A stretch of 64,000 nucleotides of DNA from Syncephalis fuscata S228 (Eukaryota; Fungi; Zoopagomycota), in assembly GCA_025786725.1 (NCBI GenBank), contig JAHLTZ010000024.1:1-64000 (forward strand), given 5' to 3'. The notes below the pieces were generated by a model. That model worked only from the letters and a program-made list of their open reading frames with translations, was not told where the DNA came from and ran no database searches. The position numbers were made by a program, and so were the translations under genes. Positions 25,521 through 37,544 of the stretch are shown piece after piece; the first letter of the stretch is position 1, and the number at the start of each line of letters is the position of its first letter.

Positions 25521-27566
25521 AATGTTATTAAACAATGTAAATGTAATTATATTAAAGCTAGTTGTGCTATGATACTATTTGTGAAAATAAAAAGCTACTT
25601 TTATTTAGCAAATAAAAAAGAATACATAAATAATAAAAATATGCTACTACAAACCAAGTGCTAAATTGTGTATTACAATCCTAATCTTGCAAAATATAAA
25701 CAGTTCTTGAATATAATCTATTAAAAGTGGTATAAGTAAACGATATATGTAAATTAATTATGGCAATGATGCCTGCTGCATAACTACGCCAAGACAAGCA
25801 ATTTGGAATAGTTACTCTGCATAAATATAAAAACCGCAATAGCGTTGGACCGGCGGTCGTACTAAATCAACATTGTTTCTCCTAACAGCTTCATAAATAT
25901 GCAGAATAGGCTATTACCACTGCTACTTCATAGCTGCTTAATTATAAAGGCTACTGTTTACGTCATTTATATACAATCTTTAGCACATATATACAGCATA
26001 AAACTAACAGCAGCTGCCTAAGCAACACTCTATCTGTACCATCAAAATATCAAATATCAAGTATCAAATACCAAGTATTAAAATTAGTATTAAGCAGTGG
26101 CTCAACAATATCTTCAAGCACAGCCTTCATGTTGCACCGACAACCAAATAACTATACCAATGTAATTACCACAGGCAAGCACATAGTAAACACCCATATT
26201 CACTAATCAGTATAGCTAATTAACCATACAGTATTGAAGCACCTTATGTAGCATATTGGAATTATGCCACAGTATTACATAGTTGTAGCCGACTATGTGT
26301 CTAAGAATGCTACCAAATCACACAGCCAAAAAGCACAACAGTACTGCCCACACAGATTCGTTTACTTAGCTTAGGTATGCAAAACAGTAATTAGCAGCAA
26401 TCTTGTGATTACTAAAGTCTAACAAGTAAAAAGTGTACTGAGCAATAGGCAATGGTATGAAAAGACAAAAACGCAATGCTTGGTTCGGGGAAAGTGGCAA
26501 AGTCATTTTATGTGGCAAAAAATCGAAACTGGTGAAAAGCATTCACGTTGCATAATTCAGTTGATAAAGCCTAATGGATAGATACTGATATTCGCTCATA
26601 CTAACCACAGCTACATCGGCAAATAGTCATAAATAATTGATTTGTTCTGGACATATCCATACTCACTGTGCGTTATTAAGTGCACGGTGCTGGTTGTTAT
26701 CAGGATCCAAGCTAATCCAGCCAATTAGACTGTTCTTTTTGTTATGCCTTCCATACCCATTTAGTTTGTTGCATTAGTCATTCCAAAGCTTTGGAATCAT
26801 CTTTACGCTTTTTTCCGCACACCTGAATTTACCTGTTTTGTAGTATGACAAATGCAACTTGTTATACTTTTATAACTAACTGTACAAATAATATGACAAT
26901 GTGCATAATTAATATATTTGTTTATTGTTTATATTTCTATACTAATAAAATAAACATAACTATCGTTCGATAACAATCGTAAAGTGGGCAATTGATAAGA
27001 TCTGAAACCAACACAAAATTGCGTCATTGATGGCTTAATTAGACCGTTTTGCCAGTAGACCCGTAGCCGGACGATAACGACGATAAGAAATTGGGGCAAT
27101 ATAGCTTCTGAGCAAAAGCAAGTACCAACACTATACCTAAAGCAGCATTATACGTTCTAATGGCAAAGCGCTATGACCAAGATACACGCCGTCACAAGTC
27201 CTTTGTCGGTCTTTATTTGACTAAGCCCGATATGTCGGTATCGGAGGTTCTACCGGAGTGTTTAAAGTGCATGTGCCGTTTTAAAATAAATTGTTATTGA
27301 AAGCAGTAGCAAGTGCAAAAACAATTGTTATATGACAGTGCAAAGCAATCAGCTAAAGACCATACCGCAGTAAATTGTGTAGAGCTAATGATGCTTTTGT
27401 GATAATATGGCATAGTATGGCTAGCCCATAAGACAATGAATAAAGTGTGCAATGCGCAAATATAAAAATAAAATACCAATTGTGTTTCTTCCAACTTACT
27501 GTCAGTATATCTTCATTTATCCGAGCTTGTTTATTGTATTTTTACTACACTATCTTTTAAAAAGCA

Positions 27567-29268
27567 ATGGCGTCTATTTCCGCCGTACAAAGAAATACAG
27601 ATGACAACAGCTCCGATTACGAGAAGGTAAGTGTTGTATAAGTAGTATATGTTTATTGAAGTTTAATGCGCGTACTCATATGTAGCTTATCGCTGCCAAA
27701 TATCATGTAACAAACCGCCGAATTGGATCGTAAGTTATATGTATAAGCTGCCATGCATAGCTAATTGATTATTACTACTATAATACAGAGGCGGTTTTGG
27801 TAGCGTCTATTTGGCTACCGCTCTTAGTTCACGCAAGCCTGTAGCAGCTAAAATGATGCTGAAGAAAGCTAGCAAAAAAAGTTATTTTTTAGAGGCTTCT
27901 GACGATTATATTCGAGAAAAGCACGTATTGGAAGTCCTTCAAGGCCACGCAAACATTGTTCGACTGCTTGAAGCGGTTGAAACCAAAAAATATACCTATA
28001 TATTTTTGGAGTATGCGTGGGGTGGCGATTTGCATAAATACGTGCAAAAGCACCACCCACTTTCAGAAGATATCTGCAAGAGCATTTTCTGGCAGATGCT
28101 CTGTGCTGTGCAAGTAAGTTATAATAATATTATATAAATATATTGGTATTAACAGTGAAGTAGCATATGCACGCCAATAATATCGTGCATTGTGGTAAGT
28201 AATACAATAATTATAACACATTTAGCTAATAATAATTTGCATTTTATATTGCATATTAGATATTAAAGTAAGTATTTTATTTATAGCTATTTGTAATAAC
28301 AAACACTAACGCTATTTAGTTGCCTAATGTACTGGTCATAAATGACGGCGCTAATCCAAGGATTGCGCTTGCAGACTTTGGTCTAGCATGTACAATTGCG
28401 CCCAAAGGACCACGGCTGACCAAATGCTGTGGTACACGAGGATACATGGCGCCAGAGATCCTGCTTCGTACCGGTCTAAAAAACGATGTATTAAATCAAA
28501 TAACTGGGTATAGCAATGAATGTCAAGAGGCCATTAAGACATTTGCTTTTGTTCAGGATGGCTATAGCAAGGAAGCAGATGTTTGGAGCTTAGGTATTGC
28601 TTTGTTTTACTTGTTAACAAGTAAGTATATAATTCAAATATAAAATAATAGTAATAGTTAATTAATATTTTTAGAGCAATTGCCGTACAATAACGGCAGC
28701 CATATCGCGTATATTACTGATGTATTCAGTGATAAGCTTGATCTGGCAAATGTTAATCGGCCAGACTTAAGCCAAGACGGTAAGTAACAATACATTAAAT
28801 AGCAGACAATACTAATTTTATTATAGCCAAACATTTGCTTCAAGGGCTGCTTACCATTGATAGTACCAAGCGCTGTACTATCGATGAAGCCTTAAACAGT
28901 GAGTGGTTTAAGGAAGCATCTTGCAGTGAAGATAGCGCTCAAGATGTGGCTGCTGGTACTGTTGCTACTCCTACAGCTTCAACATCCACCATCCCAACTA
29001 TAGCACTAACGACATACAGTCAGTCAGCTGTAGTATCAACGTCCAGCCATCCAGTTGCAGCATCATCATCCGATAAGTTGGCTGCAAATGTATCGGCTGC
29101 GGTCTCGGCAACGTTTAATGTTGCCTTATTGATTCCAAAAGGCGTAAAACGCTTACGCTCTTTTGAATCATTTGAAGAAAAGAAGAAAACTAAACGCGCC
29201 CAAAAAAGTAAGTACCATTTCAATATCTATACCCAAATACTAACAAACAAATAGTCACCTCGCTTTAA
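27567..29268 (+). CDS. CAMK-group Ser/Thr kinase, Mek1/Chk2-like, no FHA domain, non-RD (copy 1)
   Basis: Spliced: YHVTNRRIGS-GGFGSVYLA, VAAK, HANIVRL, HCDIKLPNVL, RIALADFGLA, CCGTRGYMAPE, GYSKEADVWSLG; Ser/Thr/Ala-rich tail and basic C-terminus. Confidence 0.88.
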
Positions 29269-29409
29269 TTAGTTCTATTCTCACTTTATTTGTACTTGCT
29301 TTTAGTAAAATATGTTGTATACTATTATAATTCTTTAAGAATATATTCAAATTAAGTTACATTTGGTATAGTCTATTCAATATAATTAAATCAGCAATAA
29401 TTAAAATAA

Positions 29410-30318
29410 TTTGTCTTTTATTGATAATTTATTAGTAACATAACTATAATTGGGGGTCAAATGACTATTTTTAATAACATTTGCGTAATTGAACCAAATA
29501 TTTAATCTATTGAACATGATGGTGGGTGGTGAGTGGCATCAAAGTCTAAAATACCCATCATCATAGATTCATTATCCAGTATGCATATATTCAATACACA
29601 TATATCCTATATCCATATGTATCATTTCTATTCCATTCCACACTAATATATATCATTCTGTGATATACTAGACACATTTTATTGTTTATATGCTTCAATA
29701 TACTTTACTCATTCCTCTCATTGCACTATATGCACTCTAACTTCAACAGCGTTTTATATGCTTTCTCATTGTACATTCATTATTTTATATATCATTCTAT
29801 ACTCGCCTAACTTTCCTCTATCTAAAACTGGTTTTGTTTTTATTCTAGCTTTATTATTAATAAATGTCGGCTAATTCCGCTCATTGATCATGCATATATG
29901 CTCAATAACTTCAACACTGCTAATCGTCACTCTGTATTGTATATTCTTTATATTGTATATTACTTTATTGTATAGTACATATGTGCTATTTATTACAACT
30001 ACCGTTTGTTTTTAGTCTTATTTTAATAAACATTGGTTTATTTACTCATTCGTTGATTAAACTATATGTACTTAAAACATATAACAATAGAACACGTCTA
30101 GTGTATCATAGAATACTATATCGTAGCGTGAATAGAATGGAATTATATAGATGGATAGGTGATATATACATACTGGATAATAAATCTACAATGATGAGTA
30201 TTTGATGATTAATGTCACTCACCACTCACCATCATGTTTAATAGATTGAATTTTATTAAATTTAGTCATTTGACCTTTAAATCATATTAAATTACTAATA
30301 AACTGTTTATAAAAACAA
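29410..30318. mobile_element. MITE-like element with ~170-bp imperfect TIRs (mirror copy ~34795-35700)
   Basis: Left end GGTCAAATGACTA...AATCTATTGAACATGATGGTGGGTGGTGAGTGGCAT...TTATCCAGTATG; right end CATACTGGATAA...ATGTCACTCACCACTCACCATCATGTTTAATAGATT...TAGTCATTTGACC. Confidence 0.7.
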
Positions 30319-30714
30319 ACTGTGCGTTCCAGTAATAAAAACTGACAACGATTTACTATCAATAATCCTGCTGTGAGGCTACATCCAATTATCTTGGTAT
30401 TCTGGTACCGCGAAGCCGAACTCTAAATATACAAATGTCCTTTCTGTCGGCGTATATCTTAAATAATGCAGCATTCTCATTTTCATGCAAATATTTGTCT
30501 TTTCATTATTAAAACGTTATAACTAGCAGCAATTGTAGTGCTATTACCCCTGTTTATAACAACGTCAAACAGTACAAAACACGTTTTGTCTAATTATAGA
30601 TATCGGTACTCTAGCCGATATCACTCCCGAAACACCATGTTCTACTAAAACAATGTATTTATTCTCTTGTCATTACCCCCGCTAACTTGTTGCTCTTCTC
30701 CTTTTCTTACAATA

Positions 30715-32465
30715 ATGAATCATACAACTAAGAAATCAGCAAAGACGGAAAAGCCGGTAAATATAGCGCCGGCTCGACCAAATACAAAGCGAGTTACGCG
30801 TGTGGTCTTCTTTACGCTACTCTTGGATATCTTGGCGTTCACCATTATTCTACCGCTACTACCAAGATTAATTGATTATTATCGTGCTCAAGAAGAGCAT
30901 CGTGAGGTACATGAATTCATCTATAAGATATAGTAGCATTTAATTGATTAATCTGTTGATTGTTAATAGGATACATTGCTTGGTCAGACACTTTTATTCA
31001 TCGGTCGGTTTCGTCATTGGACTGGTGCTTCATTATCGCGTCATGATCCACCAATGCCATCAATGGCTACAGTGCGTGGACCTAGTGGTTCGCCGCTTGA
31101 TACTGTGCTATTAGGTGGTGTACTTGGATCGCTTTTTTCCTTCCTGCAGTTTATAGCATCACCGGTCATTGGACGACTATCAGATCGATGGGGACGCCGT
31201 AAAACACTCATCTATACAATGGTAAGTAGTACTTTGCTTTTAGTAATAATAAGTAGTAATTTATCTACATATAATTTATAAGATTGGCAATTGGGCTTCA
31301 TGTTTGCTATGGGCATTTGCTGGTAATTTCACCATTTTTCTACTGGCCCGCATTGTTGGTGGCTTATCAGAAGGCAATGTTCAGTTAGCCGTGGCCATTA
31401 TCACTGATGTTACTGATAGAGCTACTCGATCCCGTGGACTGGTAAGCTATTGACAGCTCATTAGTTAATTATTAACAATATTATTGTCATATTATTTTAT
31501 TTATATAGACTATGGTAGGCATTGCATTTGCTATAGGATTTACAATAGGCCCGGCTATGGGTGCCTACTTTGCTTCATGGAATCTATATCAAACATTTCC
31601 GGCATTAGCCAACTGGGGATTGAATCCATATTCAGGTGCGGCGCTATTTGCTCTACTACTTATCACTATCGAGACGGCAGCCATTCTATTATGGCTTGAT
31701 GAGACAGCTCAGTATCGCGAAAAAGTCAAAGAAGTAGCTGTCCATCAAGAAAACACTGCACTAGTCAATGCACGCCGTAACAATCTTACTATTCTTAACC
31801 GTATCCACTTTCTTCATCTATTTTTATTCTCGGGTATGGAATATACGCTTACTTTCCTTACTCACGATGTACACGGATTTACACCAATGCAAAATGGCAA
31901 ACTGCTGGGTGTTGTAGGTATTATATCAGCTGCAGTACAAGGTGGCTACGTACGCCGGTCGGCCTATCGTATTGGTGAGAAGCGTATTGTACTGCAGGGT
32001 GTTATCGCCTGTGCACTAGCTTTATTGGCCGTAGCACAATCAGCCTACACCGGAAAACAAAGCTGGCTATGGCTATCGACAATATTTCTAGCCTTTACTT
32101 CAGCGACAGTCGTCAATTGTCTTACCTCGCTTGCTTCGATGCAGTGTGACGACGAGGCCGAGTCCACCATGGCCAGCCACCGCAATAATACTAATGCTAA
32201 TGCCAATAATAAACGGTACGTATCCTCGCCTCTGGCCGCATCTTCATCCCCAACGGATACAATTACTCGCGGCGAGGCCCTTGGTCATTTCCGTTCGCTA
32301 GGTCAGTTAGGTCGCGCAGCTGGTCCTCTACTAGCTTGCACACTTTATTGGTTAGCCGGTCCGGTTACTTGCTACACAAGTGGTGCCGTCGGCGTTTTAT
32401 TAATCGCCACCATTATCTACGTAGTTGCACCGGATCGTCCTTTAAGTGCACGAAAACAAAACTAA
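30715..32465 (+). CDS. MFS transporter, MFSD10/TETRAN-like (tetracycline-efflux-like)
   Basis: VFFTLLLDILAFTIILPLLP, GSLFSFLQFIASPVIGRLSDRWGRR (motif A), GGLSEGNVQLAVAIITDVT, FLFSGMEYTLTFL, RSLGQLGRAAGP. Confidence 0.92.
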
Positions 32466-33498
32466 TAATTTATTGTGCAGTAACAGTATTAACAATAACA
32501 GTACCATGATACTTGAAACGTCACATTAAACCTTTTATTGGGGCAATTTAGACAAATAAACCTTTCATATGACCTCGTATCACGCTTTCAACATTATATG
32601 ACATCATAACCGAGCACACTGCATACACATGGCATCACGTGCCACTTTCAAGGATCATCTCCTAGTTTCTTAGTATCGATGTACATTAAATTGACCGCGG
32701 CCTTTGCTTTAATCCGTAATACAATCTCTTTCTCATTTCTTTCTTTTCTATTTCGCTTTATTTCGTTACTTCGTTCTCGCTTTCTTTCTTTTTTTATTTA
32801 CCGCCGGCTTCTTGGCCTGGGCGTGTGTGCGTGTGCGCGTGTACAACTTTACGTATCTAAAGTGCCGTCTCCTTTCCGTACTTCTACTCTACTCTCCTTT
32901 GTCTCTCACTGGCTCCTCTCTTTCGCTTAACAACAACATCCAACACTTGGCAATTGTCGCAGTTACACTGTTATTTGAGTATTATCAATCCCCAGTGCCT
33001 TTATCTCCTACTGATTGATCGGCTGGCTACTGTCTGATATATCTCACATATAGTGACGCGTGCTGTACCATTCTACTCGATTGTATCTACAATTCTTTGA
33101 TAAATTAGAGTATTGATTAGTGATACCATTCGCTATGTCGGCTGCTGATAAACAATAGCCTAACACTTTTCTACGCTCGCCACACAATTCTGTGTAGGCG
33201 GCTCATTGTGAATCATCCACACACCACACGCACATAACATCATCTGCCAATCCGCCTTGTTTGTCACACACTAGTAGTACATGACACAGTCCACGATTTT
33301 CGAATCAACACACCAATATTTTTTCTATATTACTACTATTACCACCATTACCCATCGAATAAGAAATATCTTTAACTATTTCAATTTGATTCTTTGGTGA
33401 TATTTAATCATTCGATTATCTAGGCTTGTCATATCTGTTTACTGACACAACTAACCATTACTCATACTATTATTGGTGTGACTGCTCCGTTAACTACC

Positions 33499-34323
33499 AT
33501 GGCCTCAACAACATTTCTATTGATGCCAGCATTCCTGTTGATCGGCTGTATGTTGGCACCGTTTATATTGGTCTTACTATTCGCCTGTTTATTTACATTG
33601 CTATTTATTCGTATATTATTATTGCATCATCGGCGTAAGATGACTCCACTGGCCGTAGAGCAGCGTGACGTTATCGATACCAAACTAAATGCACCAATTC
33701 ATTCATCTATATCATTATTAGATCAAATGCGGTCTCATTGGACCTACCGGATAATTGCCCATTTTAAACTAACTGTGATGACGGGGTTACAAATCGCCAG
33801 TGGTCTGGGCGCATTATGGCGCGCTGGAGGTCTATCTAAGATCCGACGTGCGCGAACAACTGTTACACTCAATTCCCCCCGCATCGCTGCAGATAGCAGT
33901 AACAAACAGCATGATATGAAGAGAAATAGCCATAGAAATGGCTCTACTAGCGATAAAGATAGCCATAATAATGATGACAGTATTACTGGTCAATATTTAA
34001 CTGACGTGCCAGACACTAATCATCAGCTATCAAATAAATCAACTTCTGCACTATCATTACAACGTAAATCACCATTAAAGCGCAGCAACTTCATTGCAAA
34101 TTCGCAGTCGACTTTAATGGGCGTTGCATTTTTACGACGACCCACAACCACCATGATTAAAGAGCAGCGTATTCTCCCAACTGCATTATCTCCAAAACCA
34201 TCTATACTATCACAGCGCAGTTTTAAAGGTGCCCATGCTTCATGGCTTACTACTCCTATTCCCTCAAAAGTAAGCAATGGACCCCGATATAGACTGTATG
34301 CTGAAGTGGACTCTGTCCAATAG
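33499..34323 (+). CDS. Hypothetical protein with hydrophobic N-terminus and low-complexity basic tail
   Basis: Intronless ORF of ~274 aa from the ATG at 33499; N-terminal hydrophobic stretch of ~40 aa; no family recognised. Confidence 0.6.
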   Translation: MASTTFLLMPAFLLIGCMLAPFILVLLFACLFTLLFIRILLLHHRRKMTPLAVEQRDVIDTKLNAPIHSSISLLDQMRSHWTYRIIAHFKLTVMTGLQIASGLGALWRAGGLSKIRRARTTVTLNSPRIAADSSNKQHDMKRNSHRNGSTSDKDSHNNDDSITGQYLTDVPDTNHQLSNKSTSALSLQRKSPLKRSNFIANSQSTLMGVAFLRRPTTTMIKEQRILPTALSPKPSILSQRSFKGAHASWLTTPIPSKVSNGPRYRLYAEVDSVQ

Positions 34324-34610
34324 TATCTATATATTTTGTTATGCAGCATCATTATATTTTATTTTGTTTTCAATATAAATTCAAATTTATCGCTAATTAT
34401 ACCGCTGATCGGCTATTGATAATGCATAGCCAATCACTAGACTAAATTGCTAGATCTATTCTAGTTAATATTGAAATGTACTCCTATCATTTGGCATTAT
34501 ATATTTGCAATGTTAAAGCAAATATTGTATTGCTGAAAAATTAACAAATAAACTATTTAAATAAAATAACATTTATTTATAAATAGCTGTTGTTTTATAA
34601 TATTAATATT
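34268..34610 (+). repeat. Direct repeat, copy 1 (copy 2 at ~44643-45218, with ~230 bp of extra sequence)
   Basis: CCCCGATATAGACTGTAT(G/A)CTGAAGTGGACTCTGTCCAATAG... near-identical over ~220 bp, followed by a more diverged block starting TTTGCAATGTTAAAGCAAA. Confidence 0.9.
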
Positions 34611-35842
34611 GCTGCTCATATTCATGCCACTATACTTTAATTTAAACAAAAATACTTTTTAATAATCAAGTTTAATACATACAAACAAGATAAATAACAA
34701 ACGGTATTAAATCACATAAGACATACTATCTATTACATCTATCATGGTAGTGCCATTCTATTCTACTCAGACTAATGAAGTTGATGACAAATAGTTGTTT
34801 ATAAACAGTTTATTAGTAATTTAATATGATTTAAAGGTCAAATGACTAAATTTAATAAAATTCAATCTATTAAACATGATGGTGAGTGGTGAGTGACATT
34901 AATCATCAAATACTCATCATTGTAGATTTATTATCCAGTATGTATATATCACCTATCCATCTATATAATTCCATTCTATTCACGCTACGATATAGTATTC
35001 TATGATACACTAGACGTGTTCTATTGTTATATGTTTTAAGTACATATAGTTTAATCAACGAATGAGTAAATAAACCAATGTTTATTAAAATAAGACTAAA
35101 AACAAACGGTAGTTGTAATAAATAGCACATATGTACTATACAATAAAGTAATATACAATATAAAGAATATACAATACAGAGTGACGATTAGCAGTGTTGA
35201 AGTTATTGAGCATATATGCATGATCAATGAGCGGAATTAGCCGACATTTATTAATAATAAAGCTAGAATAAAAACAAAACCAGTTTTAGATAGAGGAAAG
35301 TTAGGCGAGTATAGAATGATATATAAAATGATGAATGTACAATGAGAAAGCATATAAAACGCTGTTGAAGTTAGAGTGCATATAGTGCAATGAGAGGAAT
35401 GAGTAAAGTATATTGAAGCATATAAACAATAAAATGTGTCTAGTATATCACAGAATGATATATATTAGTGTGGAATGGAATAGAAATGATACATATGGAT
35501 ATAGGATATATGTGTATTGAATATATGCATACTGGATAATGAATCTATGATGATGGGTATTTTAGACTTTGATGCCACTCACCACCCACCATCATGTTCA
35601 ATAGATTAAATATTTGGTTCAATTACGCAAATGTTATTAAAAATAGTCATTTGACCCCCAATTATAGTTATGTTACTAATAAATTATCAATAAAAGACAA
35701 ATTATTTTAATTATTGCTGATTTAATTATATTGAATAGACTATACCAAATGTAACTTAATTTGAATATATTCTTAAAGAATTATAATAGTATACAACATA
35801 TTTTACTAAAAGCAAGTACAAATAAAGTGAGAATAGAACTAA

Positions 35843-37544
35843 TTAAAGCGAGGTGACTATTTGTTTGTTAGTATTTGGGTATAGATATTGAAATGGTACT
35901 TACTTTTTTGGGCGCGTTTAGTTTTCTTCTTTTCTTCAAATGATTCAAAAGAGCGTAAGCGTTTTACGCCTTTTGGAATCAATAAGGCAACATTAAACGT
36001 TGCCGAGACCGCAGCCGATACATTTGCAGCCAACTTATCGGATGATGATGCTGCAACTGGATGGCTGGACGTTGATACTACAGCTGACTGACTGTATGTC
36101 GTTAGTGCTATAGTTGGGATGGTGGATGTTGAAGCTGTAGGAGTAGCAACAGTACCAGCAGCCACATCTTGAGCGCTATCTTCACTGCAAGATGCTTCCT
36201 TAAACCACTCACTGTTTAAGGCTTCATCGATAGTACAGCGCTTGGTACTATCAATGGTAAGCAGCCCTTGAAGCAAATGTTTGGCTATAATAAAATTAGT
36301 ATTGTCTGCTATTTAATGTATTGTTACTTACCGTCTTGGCTTAAGTCTGGCCGATTAACATTTGCCAGATCAAGCTTATCACTGAATACATCAGTAATAT
36401 ACGCGATATGGCTGCCGTTATTGTACGGCAATTGCTCTAAAAATATTAATTAACTATTACTATTATTTTATATTTGAATTATATACTTACTTGTTAACAA
36501 GTAAAACAAAGCAATACCTAAGCTCCAAACATCTGCTTCCTTGCTATAGCCATCCTGAACAAAAGCAAATGTCTTAATGGCCTCTTGACATTCATTGCTA
36601 TACCCAGTTATTTGATTTAATACATCGTTTTTTAGACCGGTACGAAGCAGGATCTCTGGCGCCATGTATCCTCGTGTACCACAGCATTTGGTCAGCCGTG
36701 GTCCTTTGGGCGCAATTGTACATGCTAGACCAAAGTCTGCAAGCGCAATCCTTGGATTAGCGCCGTCATTTATGACCAGTACATTAGGCAACTAAATAGC
36801 GTTAGTGTTTGTTATTACAAATAGCTATAAATAAAATACTTACTTTAATATCTAATATGCAATATAAAATGCAAATTATTATTAGCTAAATGTGTTATAA
36901 TTATTGTATTACTTACCACAATGCACGATATTATTGGCGTGCATATGCTACTTCACTGTTAATACCAATATATTTATATAATATTATTATAACTTACTTG
37001 CACAGCACAGAGCATCTGCCAGAAAATGCTCTTGCAGATATCTTCTGAAAGTGGGTGGTGCTTTTGCACGTATTTATGCAAATCGCCACCCCACGCATAC
37101 TCCAAAAATATATAGGTATATTTTTTGGTTTCAACCGCTTCAAGCAGTCGAACAATGTTTGCGTGGCCTTGAAGGACTTCCAATACGTGCTTTTCTCGAA
37201 TATAATCGTCAGAAGCCTCTAAAAAATAACTTTTTTTGCTAGCTTTCTTCAGCATCATTTTAGCTGCTACAGGCTTGCGTGAACTAAGAGCGGTAGCCAA
37301 ATAGACGCTACCAAAACCGCCTCTGTATTATAGTAGTAATAATCAATTAGCTATGCATGGCAGCTTATACATATAACTTACGATCCAATTCGGCGGTTTG
37401 TTACATGATATTTGGCAGCGATAAGCTACATATGAGTACGCGCATTAAACTTCAATAAACATATACTACTTATACAACACTTACCTTCTCGTAATCGGAG
37501 CTGTTGTCATCTGTATTTCTTTGTACGGCGGAAATAGACGCCAT
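35843..37544 (-). CDS. Mek1/Chk2-like kinase (copy 2; ORF-track exon translations identical to copy 1)
   Basis: Mirror ORFs 36974-37300, 36468-36791 and 35857-36276 translate identically to copy 1. Confidence 0.88.

Larger units (their letters stand above)
23205..30313 (+). repeat. Left arm of ~7.1-kb inverted repeat (core + long B flank)
   Basis: Mirror ORF coordinates sum to 65111 (27811/37300, 28835/36276, 29981/35130); arms are near-identical. Confidence 0.97.
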
